A DNA stretch of 64,000 nt, taken from assembly GCA_020854835.1 (NCBI GenBank), contig JAHKLX010000007.1, positions 36,044-100,043 of the forward strand, given 5' to 3'. The notes below the pieces were generated by a model. That model saw only the letters and a list, made by a program, of their open reading frames with translations. It made no database searches and was not told where the DNA came from. This DNA is from Candidatus Micrarchaeota archaeon. Its GTDB lineage: Archaea; Micrarchaeota; Micrarchaeia; Anstonellales; JAGGVH01. Of this stretch, positions 20,713 to 29,966 are shown piece by piece. A program made the translations under genes and the position numbers. Each line of letters starts with the position of its first letter. The first letter of the stretch is position 1.

Positions 20713-22086
20713 TTGGGGTTGGGATGGCATATTGAAAAAACTGGAGAATATAAAATCAACCTGCCCATTTTAAGCGATGACGAAATTGAAGCTATAAAGC
20801 ACATGGCAAACATGTTCAAAGAAGTTACCAAATACAAAGAACTTGACAATCCTGACAAAGCAAAAAAAGAACTTAAAAATCTTTTGATTAAATTCTGCGA
20901 CAAGGAAGGAATTGTAATTGACAAAGAACAAGAGAATTATTTAACACAAATGGCTTTTTATAATATTTATGGGTTTGCAGGCATGGAAGAAATACTCAAG
21001 GACGAAGAAATAGAAGAAATTGGAATAATTGGTTTGGGCAAGCCAGTTTATGTTTTTGTTAGAAAACAAGGGTGGAAAAAAACAAATTTATATTATGATG
21101 AATTAGATTTTACAATTAACTTGATTAATAAAATGTCAAGAAGCATTGGGAGAAGGATAACTTATAAAAATCCTAGATTGAATGCTGTTCTTCCTGACGG
21201 TTCAAGAATGCACGCATCTATTCCCCCAATATCCAATGTGGAAGTGACAATCAGAAAATTCAAAGAAAATCCAATGACTGTGTTTGATTTGTTGAATTAT
21301 CACACAATTTCTGAAGAAGCAATGGCCTTATTATGGTTTTTAATGCAGGCAGATATATCTATTTTGATAACAGGAAACACTGCAAGCGGAAAAACAACCA
21401 CAATGAATTCTATTTTCTCATTTGTTCCTTTAAATGAAAGAATTTTAATAACAGAAGAAACTCCTGAAATAAACATACCTCACAAACATGTCGTTAAACT
21501 TGTAGCAAATCAGGAACTTGATATAAGTTTGTCTCCTTTGGTTGCAGATTCGCTTAGGATGAGACCTGACAGAGTTATTGTTGGAGAAGTTAGAAATACT
21601 GAAGAGGTTCATGCATTAATGGATACTATATTGAGTGGACAAGCAAGAGGAAGTTATGCAACTTTTCACGCACAGTCATCAAAAGAAACCTTGTCTAGAT
21701 TAAGATCCTTGGGAGTTTTGGAAATTGATCTGCCTTCGATTGATATAATTGTAATCCAAAGAAGAATGATGAAATATAATGTTAAAACAAGAAAATCCGA
21801 AGAGATTAGAAGAATTGTTGAAATAGTAGAAGTTGATAAAAACAATCCTGGAAAAACAACTCCCCTTTTCATATATGATTATGAAAAAGACAGTTGGAAA
21901 GCAGATTATCAAAATTCAGAGATTTTGAAAAGATTGTCTCTTTCACTAGGAGTTCCGCAAAAAGAAATGGAAAACGAAATAAAAACACGAACAGAATTCT
22001 TAAAGAAAAATATAAAAAAGAAATGGAATTTTGAAACTGCTGTAAACGAAATTCAAAAGTTTGCCTACGGGCTTTCGTTAGATTAG
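20713..22086 (+). CDS. Type II/IV secretion ATPase (TadA/CpaF/VirB11 family)
   Basis: LPDGSR, TIRKF, GNTASGKTT, EETPE, LRMRPDRVIVGEVR, TFHA. Confidence 0.95.
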   Translation: MGLGWHIEKTGEYKINLPILSDDEIEAIKHMANMFKEVTKYKELDNPDKAKKELKNLLIKFCDKEGIVIDKEQENYLTQMAFYNIYGFAGMEEILKDEEIEEIGIIGLGKPVYVFVRKQGWKKTNLYYDELDFTINLINKMSRSIGRRITYKNPRLNAVLPDGSRMHASIPPISNVEVTIRKFKENPMTVFDLLNYHTISEEAMALLWFLMQADISILITGNTASGKTTTMNSIFSFVPLNERILITEETPEINIPHKHVVKLVANQELDISLSPLVADSLRMRPDRVIVGEVRNTEEVHALMDTILSGQARGSYATFHAQSSKETLSRLRSLGVLEIDLPSIDIIVIQRRMMKYNVKTRKSEEIRRIVEIVEVDKNNPGKTTPLFIYDYEKDSWKADYQNSEILKRLSLSLGVPQKEMENEIKTRTEFLKKNIKKKWNFETAVNEIQKFAYGLSLD

Positions 22087-22094
22087 GTGAACTG

Positions 22095-23855
22095 ATGAAA
22101 GAATGGGTTGTGAAAATATCAAATAGATTCGGAAAAGGAATAGGAAATGCCTTTTCAAAAGAAGCAAGAACTAAAATAAACAAAAATCTTGAAACTGCAA
22201 ATATGAATGTTTCAGCAGAAAAATATCTTTCTTTTGGAATACTGCTTGCTTTTATTTCTGCAGTTTATTTTGGAACTATATCTTTTTTTATTTTGAATGA
22301 TTTTGTTTGGACAATAATAATTGTTCTTTTATCTTTTGTTTTGATTTATGTTGCAGTGAAATTTTATCCAGGTTTTGAGGCAAAGAGAAGAGGAAAACAA
22401 ATTGAAGCAGAACTTCCCACAGTTTTAAGAATGGTGGGAATACAGTTGGATATTAATATTCAGTTTGAAAAAATTATTGAAAATTTGGCAAACGAAGATT
22501 ATGAGGTTTCAAAAGAATTTGGCATTGTGTTCAGAGAGATTGGTTCAGGTGTTTCAATACCTCTTTCTCTCCAGCACATGACAGACAGGGTTGAATCTGA
22601 AATATTTAGCAGAACTGTAAACCAATTAGTTATGAATTATGAAAAAGGAGGAAAAGGCGGCGAACTTAAAAGAGTTGCAAATCAATTAGCAGAAATGCAA
22701 GTATCTGAACTTAAAGCTTTTGAATCAAAAATGGCTTTTACAGGACTTATATTTATTGCAGTTTCATGCTTGATGCCTGCTTTTTTCCAAATATTTATAG
22801 CAATAGGTGGAATTTTGGGAAATGTATCTGTAAGTTCATTACATATTTGGATAATCTTTGTTTTTGTGTTTCCAGTAATCAGCCTTATTGCTTTGCTTTT
22901 CATAAATATTTCAACTCCACCGATTGCAACTATGCACAAATCAACGTTTGAAAAAGATTTGATAATTATCCAAAGGTTTATGAAAGAGAAAAAGTGGATT
23001 ACGATAACAGATGAAAACGATGCTTCGCCAGTTAAAAAACTCGGAATCAAATTTACTATAGGGGCAGGAATAATTGCAGTTATTTTTCTTATAGGTGGAT
23101 TGATGTTCCATGATGCATTTTATGTATTGTTTTTTGTTTCTTTGGTATCCCCTTTCGTATCATATTTTTATTTCCTATTTTTGGCAGAGGACAGAATACT
23201 TAAAATGGAAAAAAAGCTTCCTGAAGCACTTACACACGCAGCAATGCTTCAAAAAGGAATGAGCACCGAACAAATTATTGGTGAAATGAGCAAACAAAAA
23301 GGACCGCTCGGAAATGAATTTAAAATTGCTTACAGACAAATCTCAGCAGGAGCAGATGTTGAAAGTTCACTTATGGCAATAGCAGAACGAAATAATTCAC
23401 TCCTTATCAAAAGGGCTGTTAAATTGATAATACATGGATACTATGCTGGAGCAGATATGTATTCTGCATTGAGGGAAACGGCAGAGGATATATACTCTTT
23501 ATTTATATTGATATCACAACGAAAATCTGTTCTTGCTTTGCAAAAATATACTCTTCTTTTGGGGGGAGCTATATTGGTGCCTTTAATTTTGGGGAGTATT
23601 CTGCAAGTGGTTGGTTCATTGAATACACACGGATTGGTGTCTGTTTTAACAGATAAAGAAATAACAGACACAGCAGATATATTAGAGACCATTAAGTCTG
23701 CAACATTTGTATATCTAATGATATTTAGTATTATATCTGGGATTATGATTGCACAACAAGAGGGAGAATCAAAAAAAGCAATAGTTTATGCAGTAATTAT
23801 TGTTATTTGTGCAGCAGTGTTATACACATTGGCGCTTAGCTCAAAAATAATTTGA
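22095..23855 (+). CDS. T2SSF-family platform protein (TadB/TadC/ArlJ-like, two GspF domains)
   Basis: Two repeats (IEAELP...SKEF and MEKKLP...GNEF) each flanked by TM helices; follows the ATPase. Confidence 0.88.
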   Translation: MKEWVVKISNRFGKGIGNAFSKEARTKINKNLETANMNVSAEKYLSFGILLAFISAVYFGTISFFILNDFVWTIIIVLLSFVLIYVAVKFYPGFEAKRRGKQIEAELPTVLRMVGIQLDINIQFEKIIENLANEDYEVSKEFGIVFREIGSGVSIPLSLQHMTDRVESEIFSRTVNQLVMNYEKGGKGGELKRVANQLAEMQVSELKAFESKMAFTGLIFIAVSCLMPAFFQIFIAIGGILGNVSVSSLHIWIIFVFVFPVISLIALLFINISTPPIATMHKSTFEKDLIIIQRFMKEKKWITITDENDASPVKKLGIKFTIGAGIIAVIFLIGGLMFHDAFYVLFFVSLVSPFVSYFYFLFLAEDRILKMEKKLPEALTHAAMLQKGMSTEQIIGEMSKQKGPLGNEFKIAYRQISAGADVESSLMAIAERNNSLLIKRAVKLIIHGYYAGADMYSALRETAEDIYSLFILISQRKSVLALQKYTLLLGGAILVPLILGSILQVVGSLNTHGLVSVLTDKEITDTADILETIKSATFVYLMIFSIISGIMIAQQEGESKKAIVYAVIIVICAAVLYTLALSSKII

Positions 23856-24400
23856 TGATTAAGATGGAAAACATAAAAAAACTTCTGATATTACAATTTA
23901 AAAAAGATGGGATAAATAAAAAAGAATATTTGGAATTAAACGAAAAAGAAAAGCGTTTTCTGGAAATTAAAAAATCAAAATATTATGTTAAAGAAAAATA
24001 TAGAAAAAAAATAAAAGTGGTTATGACTGGAGGAGTTTTTGATATACTCCATTACGGGCACATAAAAATGCTTGAAAAAGCTAAAAAATGTGGGGATTTG
24101 TTGGTTGTTGTTTTGGCTAATGATAAAAATGTTAAAAAATACAAGAACATTACTCCATTCCACAATGAAAAACAAAGATGCAGTATACTTGAATGTTTAA
24201 ATCTTGTCGATGTTGTTATTGTAGGTAAAGATAACAGAGAAGACTCTTTAAAAAGAATAAATCCAGATGTTTTGGTTTATGGATATGATCAAAAAACATT
24301 TATCACGCATACTAAAACAGTTAAGTTCAAATGTAAAGAAAAAGGCTTTAATTCATCACAGATGAGGGATGCGATTAATAATAAAGAATATAAATGTTAA
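23852..24400 (+). CDS. ribL: Cytidylyltransferase family, FAD synthase-like
   Basis: GGVFDILHYGH, LVVVLAND, PDVLVYGYDQ. Confidence 0.75.
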   Translation: MMIKMENIKKLLILQFKKDGINKKEYLELNEKEKRFLEIKKSKYYVKEKYRKKIKVVMTGGVFDILHYGHIKMLEKAKKCGDLLVVVLANDKNVKKYKNITPFHNEKQRCSILECLNLVDVVIVGKDNREDSLKRINPDVLVYGYDQKTFITHTKTVKFKCKEKGFNSSQMRDAINNKEYKC

Positions 24401-24418
24401 CATTGAGTTTAGTTAAAG

Positions 24419-25171
24419 GTGTTGGTTATGGTCGGGAAAAAAATAGAAATAAGAATGATTAAAAAAATAAAGCCAAAAAAAGGAGCAACATTTATTGAAG
24501 GCCTTCCAGGAATAGGTCTTGTGGGCACAATCGCCGCATCATATGTAAAACAAAAAATGGATATGGAATTGGTGGGCTACGTATATTCATACAACTTCCC
24601 TCCAATCATAGCAATTCATAAATTCAAACCTTCGTACCCTATGAGGTTATATTATTCACAGAAAGAAAATTTGTTTGTTTTGGTATCAGAATTTGTCGTA
24701 CCAACACCCTTAGTTGTTGAATTATCTGAATTGATATTTGATTTTGTGAAGAAATATAAAATTTCAAAAATTGTTTCGCTGGGCAGTATAACTATCAAAG
24801 GAGAACAGGACACAGTTTATGCCATAGCAACACATGATAAAGATTTGAGAATGCTTTCAAAAATAAAAACTGTGGAGCTTATTAAAGAAGGAGCGACGAC
24901 AGGCGTGACAGCAATGCTCCTCGCAAGAGGAATCGCATCAAACACTGAAGTTGTTTCCCTTTTAGCAGAAGCGAGAGAAGAGTATATTGATCCAGGAGCT
25001 GCAGCAATGGTAATTAAAGTGTTGAATGATGTAATAGTTCCAAATATAGATACCGACACTCTAGAACAAGAAGCCAAAGATATAGAAAAAGAAATGAAAG
25101 ATGTTGTTTCAAAAGTAAAAAATGAGAATTCTAGATACAAGAAGATGGAATCATTTGGATTCTATGGATAA
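24419..25171 (+). CDS. Proteasome assembly chaperone (PAC2 family)
   Basis: IEGLPGIGLVGTIAA, P..PMRLY, DPGAAA. Confidence 0.9.
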   Translation: MLVMVGKKIEIRMIKKIKPKKGATFIEGLPGIGLVGTIAASYVKQKMDMELVGYVYSYNFPPIIAIHKFKPSYPMRLYYSQKENLFVLVSEFVVPTPLVVELSELIFDFVKKYKISKIVSLGSITIKGEQDTVYAIATHDKDLRMLSKIKTVELIKEGATTGVTAMLLARGIASNTEVVSLLAEAREEYIDPGAAAMVIKVLNDVIVPNIDTDTLEQEAKDIEKEMKDVVSKVKNENSRYKKMESFGFYG

Positions 25172-25281
25172 GAATCTATTAACTGGAAAATAGGTGTTAG
25201 AAAAACAAATTATGCCCAATTTTGATAATGCTAAAATTATCACAGTTAGATTTATATTCTTAAGTTACCACAATAAATAAC

Positions 25282-26019
25282 ATGATGCTCAAATCCAATA
25301 CTAGAAAAATTATAGCTACAAGCAATGAATTTAATTTAGTTCAACAAACAAATGCCCGTGGAAGCTCTTTATGTCTTCTTGGACCAGGCGGAAAACTAAT
25401 TGGGGCAAATGATGTGCCAACAGAATTATTTCAATATATTGCAACAGGATGTGATTCAATAGTCTATAAATTTGGAGAAACCGCAGTGAAAGTTTATTGG
25501 CAGGCAGAATGGATAAAGGAACGCAGAGGGATAGACTGCAAAGAATCTGTGGAAAAACTTAAACAATATCAGACAATACTGAAAAAGATGGCGACGGTGA
25601 CAAAAAATAAGGTACTTTTGAAAAATACGGCATATGGCAATGTAAAAGTAGAAATAGTCCCAATTGATTCAATTTGTGAGGAGATTGACGCTGAATTGGC
25701 CACAGTATTGAAAACACTTAGTTATGAATGTCAATATCTGCCCTCTTGCATCAGAACGATGTCATTTGCAGGGATGCCGGTTTGCACACAAGAATATGCA
25801 ACTGGCAAACATACGGCCTGGGAGTTCACTGAGTGCCATCCCTTGATTGAACAATTGGAACATTTTATCCGTCACCAAATAAGAAAACATGATGAAAAAG
25901 GTACTTTTGAAAAAATCTATCCAATAAATTTGTGCAATGTGAGGGCAGTTCAAACTCAAAACGAGATGACTTTTGTTGTTACAGACCCGCTCACTGTTGT
26001 TTTGGATATGCCATCCTGA
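25282..26019 (+). CDS. Orphan protein with protein-kinase-like N-lobe
   Basis: IATGCDSIVYKFGETAVKVY resembles a Gly loop plus VAIK; NV...VVTD near the C-terminus. Confidence 0.55.
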   Translation: MMLKSNTRKIIATSNEFNLVQQTNARGSSLCLLGPGGKLIGANDVPTELFQYIATGCDSIVYKFGETAVKVYWQAEWIKERRGIDCKESVEKLKQYQTILKKMATVTKNKVLLKNTAYGNVKVEIVPIDSICEEIDAELATVLKTLSYECQYLPSCIRTMSFAGMPVCTQEYATGKHTAWEFTECHPLIEQLEHFIRHQIRKHDEKGTFEKIYPINLCNVRAVQTQNEMTFVVTDPLTVVLDMPS

Positions 26020-26045
26020 TTTTTTTATTATAAAAATATATCTAA

Positions 26046-26486
26046 TTACCAACCATACATCTGTTCAATGGCTTTAGATAATAAGATCCTAAGTAAAATT
26101 CCCTCCCCTTTAGAAATATTTACATTGACTGCTTTCAAACCCTCATTTGTTTGCTGACTAACTCTTACAGAAAAACCCATACTAGAAGATGAAAAATTCA
26201 CAACTGCATTCTTAACGCTTTCAGCGGTTTTATATTCTCCTTTAGAAGGTTGATGAAAAAGTTTAACTTCACTAGTACAACCTTCTAAAACCTCCAAAAT
26301 CCTGCCCATATCAGATGCTGAAAGTTTGACAGTTATTTTATTGTCCCAGTCAAATCTATCCTCAGATTTCTGGTTAGCGCATTCCATAAAAACTGATTGT
26401 TTTAGTTTGTTGAAATCTACCTGTAAAGCAGATCCATTGATGTTTTTATTTGCTTTGTATATTGCAAAAGACTTACTTCTTTCCAT
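26046..26486 (-). CDS. Whirly-like single-stranded nucleic-acid-binding protein
   Basis: FAIYK...SAL, FDWDNK...LS..DMG, LFHQPSKG and terminal GW align by eye with the plant Whirly domain. Confidence 0.75.
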   Translation of the reverse strand: MERSKSFAIYKANKNINGSALQVDFNKLKQSVFMECANQKSEDRFDWDNKITVKLSASDMGRILEVLEGCTSEVKLFHQPSKGEYKTAESVKNAVVNFSSSSMGFSVRVSQQTNEGLKAVNVNISKGEGILLRILLSKAIEQMYGW

Positions 26487-26538
26487 AAAAATTTAGAAAA
26501 CAAAGTTGTTTAAAAAGCTTTTTATAGTAGATTTCCAG

Positions 26539-28038
26539 TTAAGATTTTTTGGGAGGGTTTTCTCCGAAAGCAATTTTACATGCTGCCAAGATGTTTTTAT
26601 TCCACATGCTCAACACATTATCATAAACTTTAGCATCCACTTCTTCAAGCCTTTTAACTCCGATTGTCCCACTGTTTATTTCAACTGCCAAAAGAAATAT
26701 CCCAATTTGAGGAACATAAACAGGCGTAAAATCAACAGAACCAAATTTTAAATTCATGGTTGAAGGACACAGATATTCTTTTTTTCCTTTGTTTGAAGTG
26801 TTTATGTCTTTTGACTTATCAAGCAAAGTCTGAAAAATCATTGCTGATTGTTTTTCCATGTTTTTAATTTCTTTTTCAGCTACTTCCATAATTTTGTTGT
26901 CAGGAACATACGGCCAAATCTTCTTTAGTATGGATTGTAAAACATCCATGCTGTTTGCAGGATTGCCAGATAAAGATAGGTTTGCAACGAAATCTGAATC
27001 GCCTACTTTTGAATAATTTGCAGTACTTTTAAATTTTCCATTGACTTCTTGGACAACAAATCTAAATTCAATTTTTGTAGGCATTGAGGAGAGATGATAT
27101 TCTTCTTCTAAGAGAAAATTTGTCTCGCCCCCTAAAACTTTGTGAAAATATGGAAAATAAGTTTTCAATAAAACTCTTTTAACCATCTGTTTGTGCGTTT
27201 CTTTTTTCTTGGGGACAAAATAAAGAATTTTTTCATTTTTGGAATCGGGTTTTCCACCGTGTTTTTTCAATAATTTTTGTAATCTGTCATCGCTCGTTTG
27301 AATAAAAAACTTTTTTTCTTTGATACCGATTTTAACTACTCCCATGCCACAGCCAGTATGAAGAACTGGTTTTAGATAAGATGCCTTTCCTAGATCTGCA
27401 TTGCGATAAAAAAAATCCAAGAACTTTGCGCTTTCTTCTTTTGCTTCGATTAAAGGATAGTCAGCAGGATCAATTAATGTCGAATTGTTTTTGGCACCGT
27501 GATATAAACGTGTTTTGACATTTGGAACATTTATATCCCTAACAGTAGTGTTGAAGTGATAAAGAACTTGACTTAAAACACTTTTTTGTAAAATTTCATT
27601 TATTGGTTTTGTAGGAGGTATTAATTCGCCCACCCCATCAATAATTCTTTCTATAAAGGGAACATACCTAACTGAAACGTTGGGCATTGTTAAGTTATAA
27701 TCAGAGAGAATGCTTTGAGTGAAGGATTTGTTGTCAAAATAACGTGGCAAACTTGTTGTAACGGGAAGAAGTTCTCCTTTTTTATAATAATCCCAATGTG
27801 CCTGCTCTTGAAGCCAAAACTCTGTTACAGCAACCTGTTTGGGATCAACAAGATAAACTTTTTCTTTTTCATCTTGCACTTTCCATTTATTTTGGCAGAG
27901 AATAGTTTCCCACTCTTCCCTCTCGCCTGCAAGAGTGTAAACAGGGTATTTTCTAAGTTCATCTTTCACATTTGTGAATGTTCGAATTAAAACTATTCTT
28001 TTATCTTTTGGAATTTCCTTCAATTTTTCTCCCTTCAT
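26539..28038 (-). CDS. ATP-grasp domain protein (YheC/YheD-like)
   Basis: LKPVLHTGCGMGV, EFRFVVQ, VANLSLSG, GSVDF, VEINSG motifs. Confidence 0.65.
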   Translation of the reverse strand: MKGEKLKEIPKDKRIVLIRTFTNVKDELRKYPVYTLAGEREEWETILCQNKWKVQDEKEKVYLVDPKQVAVTEFWLQEQAHWDYYKKGELLPVTTSLPRYFDNKSFTQSILSDYNLTMPNVSVRYVPFIERIIDGVGELIPPTKPINEILQKSVLSQVLYHFNTTVRDINVPNVKTRLYHGAKNNSTLIDPADYPLIEAKEESAKFLDFFYRNADLGKASYLKPVLHTGCGMGVVKIGIKEKKFFIQTSDDRLQKLLKKHGGKPDSKNEKILYFVPKKKETHKQMVKRVLLKTYFPYFHKVLGGETNFLLEEEYHLSSMPTKIEFRFVVQEVNGKFKSTANYSKVGDSDFVANLSLSGNPANSMDVLQSILKKIWPYVPDNKIMEVAEKEIKNMEKQSAMIFQTLLDKSKDINTSNKGKKEYLCPSTMNLKFGSVDFTPVYVPQIGIFLLAVEINSGTIGVKRLEEVDAKVYDNVLSMWNKNILAACKIAFGENPPKKS

Positions 28039-28098
28039 AATACATAAATTAGAATAAAAAGTTTTAAACCTTAGGATTTGGCAGATATTGTTTTAAAA

Positions 28099-28422
28099 TT
28101 AGAAAAGAACCAATTCGTCTCCGTTTTTAACATCACTTTTTTTGATTCCTTCCAAAACCAATGCGGCTTTATCCCTTTTATTGATAACTTCGGCATTTTT
28201 GTGGTTGACCTCTATTTTAATTATTCTGACATTTTTACCAGATATGTTGGTTCTAGAATTGAGATTTATTGAACCTGATAAAACTTCTCCTGTAATAATT
28301 GGTCCCCTTCCTGTAATATTGAAAACATCATGAACTTTGAAAACTCCTTCGCCTTTGCTTTCGACAGAAGTAGGCTTTTCAATTGTCTCAGATTTTCCAA
28401 CAAGTTTATCCCAAAATCCCAT
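28099..28422 (-). CDS. Stand-alone EF-Tu domain-2-like beta-barrel protein
   Basis: FKVHDVFNITGRGPIITGEVLSG...IEVNHK...GDEL. Confidence 0.85.
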   Translation of the reverse strand: MGFWDKLVGKSETIEKPTSVESKGEGVFKVHDVFNITGRGPIITGEVLSGSINLNSRTNISGKNVRIIKIEVNHKNAEVINKRDKAALVLEGIKKSDVKNGDELVLF

Positions 28423-28457
28423 ATAATCACCCTTGATAACATTCTAGTTTCGAAAAT

Positions 28458-28766
28458 TCAAACCCCTTCAAAATATTTGTTGAAAATGTCAAAAAACTCA
28501 TCAATAACTTTGGCTTTACCATACACTATAAAAATCCAGTATTTCTCCCCACGGAAAATATTGACATCAAGACCTTTAGAACTTAACTCAGTATAGCCAA
28601 AAATACCTGACTTAGAAAGCTTAAATTTCTCACCAAGTTCCTTCCTGAAACGCAGATAGTTTCTACGAATTGACGAGTCAACCTTTACCCGAACATAAGC
28701 CTTACGCAAAGATTTAGACAGGTTTTCCAACTTTTGATTGTGTATGTCCATCACTTTTCCTTTCAC
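28458..28766 (-). CDS. Hypothetical protein
   Basis: 102-aa ORF with AGGTGA SD just downstream of tRNA-Thr. Confidence 0.6.
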   Translation of the reverse strand: MKGKVMDIHNQKLENLSKSLRKAYVRVKVDSSIRRNYLRFRKELGEKFKLSKSGIFGYTELSSKGLDVNIFRGEKYWIFIVYGKAKVIDEFFDIFNKYFEGV

Positions 28767-28783
28767 AACATCACCTTGATGAA

Positions 28784-28905
28784 AGCCTCAGAGGGGAATT
28801 GAGCCCCCGACCTCATCCTTTTCATGACCTTTTCTTTTGGTGAAGCTTTTCTTCTTAAGAAAAGGTTCTACCAAGGATGCGCTCTACCGACTGAGCTACT
28901 GAGGC
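28784..28905 (-). tRNA. tRNA-Thr(GGU) with 49-nt intron at 37/38 (28820-28868)
   Basis: GCCTCAG acceptor, CATCC TT GGT A|intron|A GGATG; intron hairpin ACCTTTTCTT/AAGAAAAGGT; 73-nt mature length. Confidence 0.92.
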
Positions 28906-28964
28906 ATTAACAAAATTAATGCTAGATACAATTGAATTATTAAGAAGCAAATCATTTTTAAAGT

Positions 28965-29759
28965 TTAGTCCTCTGCCATAAGCCTCGAATATATCTTATA
29001 AAACAGTTCTCCATAAACTTTTTTAATATCTTCAGAAAGAATAAATTCATCTGTTGAATAGATTATACCGTTTCCATTTGAAACAGGATTGTAGAAAACT
29101 CCCTGAAAATCTTCAATAGAAACCCTAGTTGGAACGAACCCCGCTATATCTAAAGGGGCTTTTTCAAAAGGAACAAAAATCCCTTCTTTTCCTAAATTCT
29201 CAAATTGAGGTGTTTTGTTGATATTGCGATTAGAAGGAGAGAATTTTATTGGGTTGAAATATTTAGCTAAACCTTTGTCTATTTGTTCGGGTATAATATC
29301 TAATGACGACATAAAAATACATGCTTCCATGCCCTCTCCAAAATCTTGGATATGGGGTATGATGCCCATTGGTTTCAGCCCTACAGAATAAAGTAAGTGT
29401 TGTGTTTTGGGATTTTTTGCTCTTGCTACTGTTGACATAATACCTTTTCTTTGTTTTATAAATTCCGCTCTAACTTCAACCAATGCTCTGCCAATTCCCT
29501 GACCTTGATACTCTTTAACAACAAAATTATTCCCGAGGAAATGTATATCTACACCTTTAAAACTCCCATTTATTCCAGTCATTCCACTGCCCACTATCAT
29601 ACCATCTGCTTCTGCAACAAAAACTGTGAAGTCTTTAATATGTTTTTCTTTTGCTTCAGGTGAATAAGCTGATACATATGCTGGCTCACATGCCTTTTTG
29701 AAAGCTTCAAAAATTTGGTTTCCCTCGCCTTGGCGAGCAATACGAATCCTATACGCCAT
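28965..29759 (-). CDS. GNAT-family acetyltransferase
   Basis: FVVKEYQGQGIGRAL acetyl-CoA motif A. Confidence 0.85.
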   Translation of the reverse strand: MAYRIRIARQGEGNQIFEAFKKACEPAYVSAYSPEAKEKHIKDFTVFVAEADGMIVGSGMTGINGSFKGVDIHFLGNNFVVKEYQGQGIGRALVEVRAEFIKQRKGIMSTVARAKNPKTQHLLYSVGLKPMGIIPHIQDFGEGMEACIFMSSLDIIPEQIDKGLAKYFNPIKFSPSNRNINKTPQFENLGKEGIFVPFEKAPLDIAGFVPTRVSIEDFQGVFYNPVSNGNGIIYSTDEFILSEDIKKVYGELFYKIYSRLMAED

Positions 29760-29966
29760 GGATTATATTATGGTAAAATGTGTTTTTAGACATTTTAGAA
29801 TAAAAATTGTTAAAAAAAGGAAAAAATGGGTAATTTTCTTGTTTAGATTGAATTATTTTACCTTCCCAAAATAATAATGTCCAAATTATTAAATCAATGT
29901 TTTATGTTGCTCGATAGAGATAATTAAACAAATACATTTAAATTGATTATCTTAGAATATATCCCT

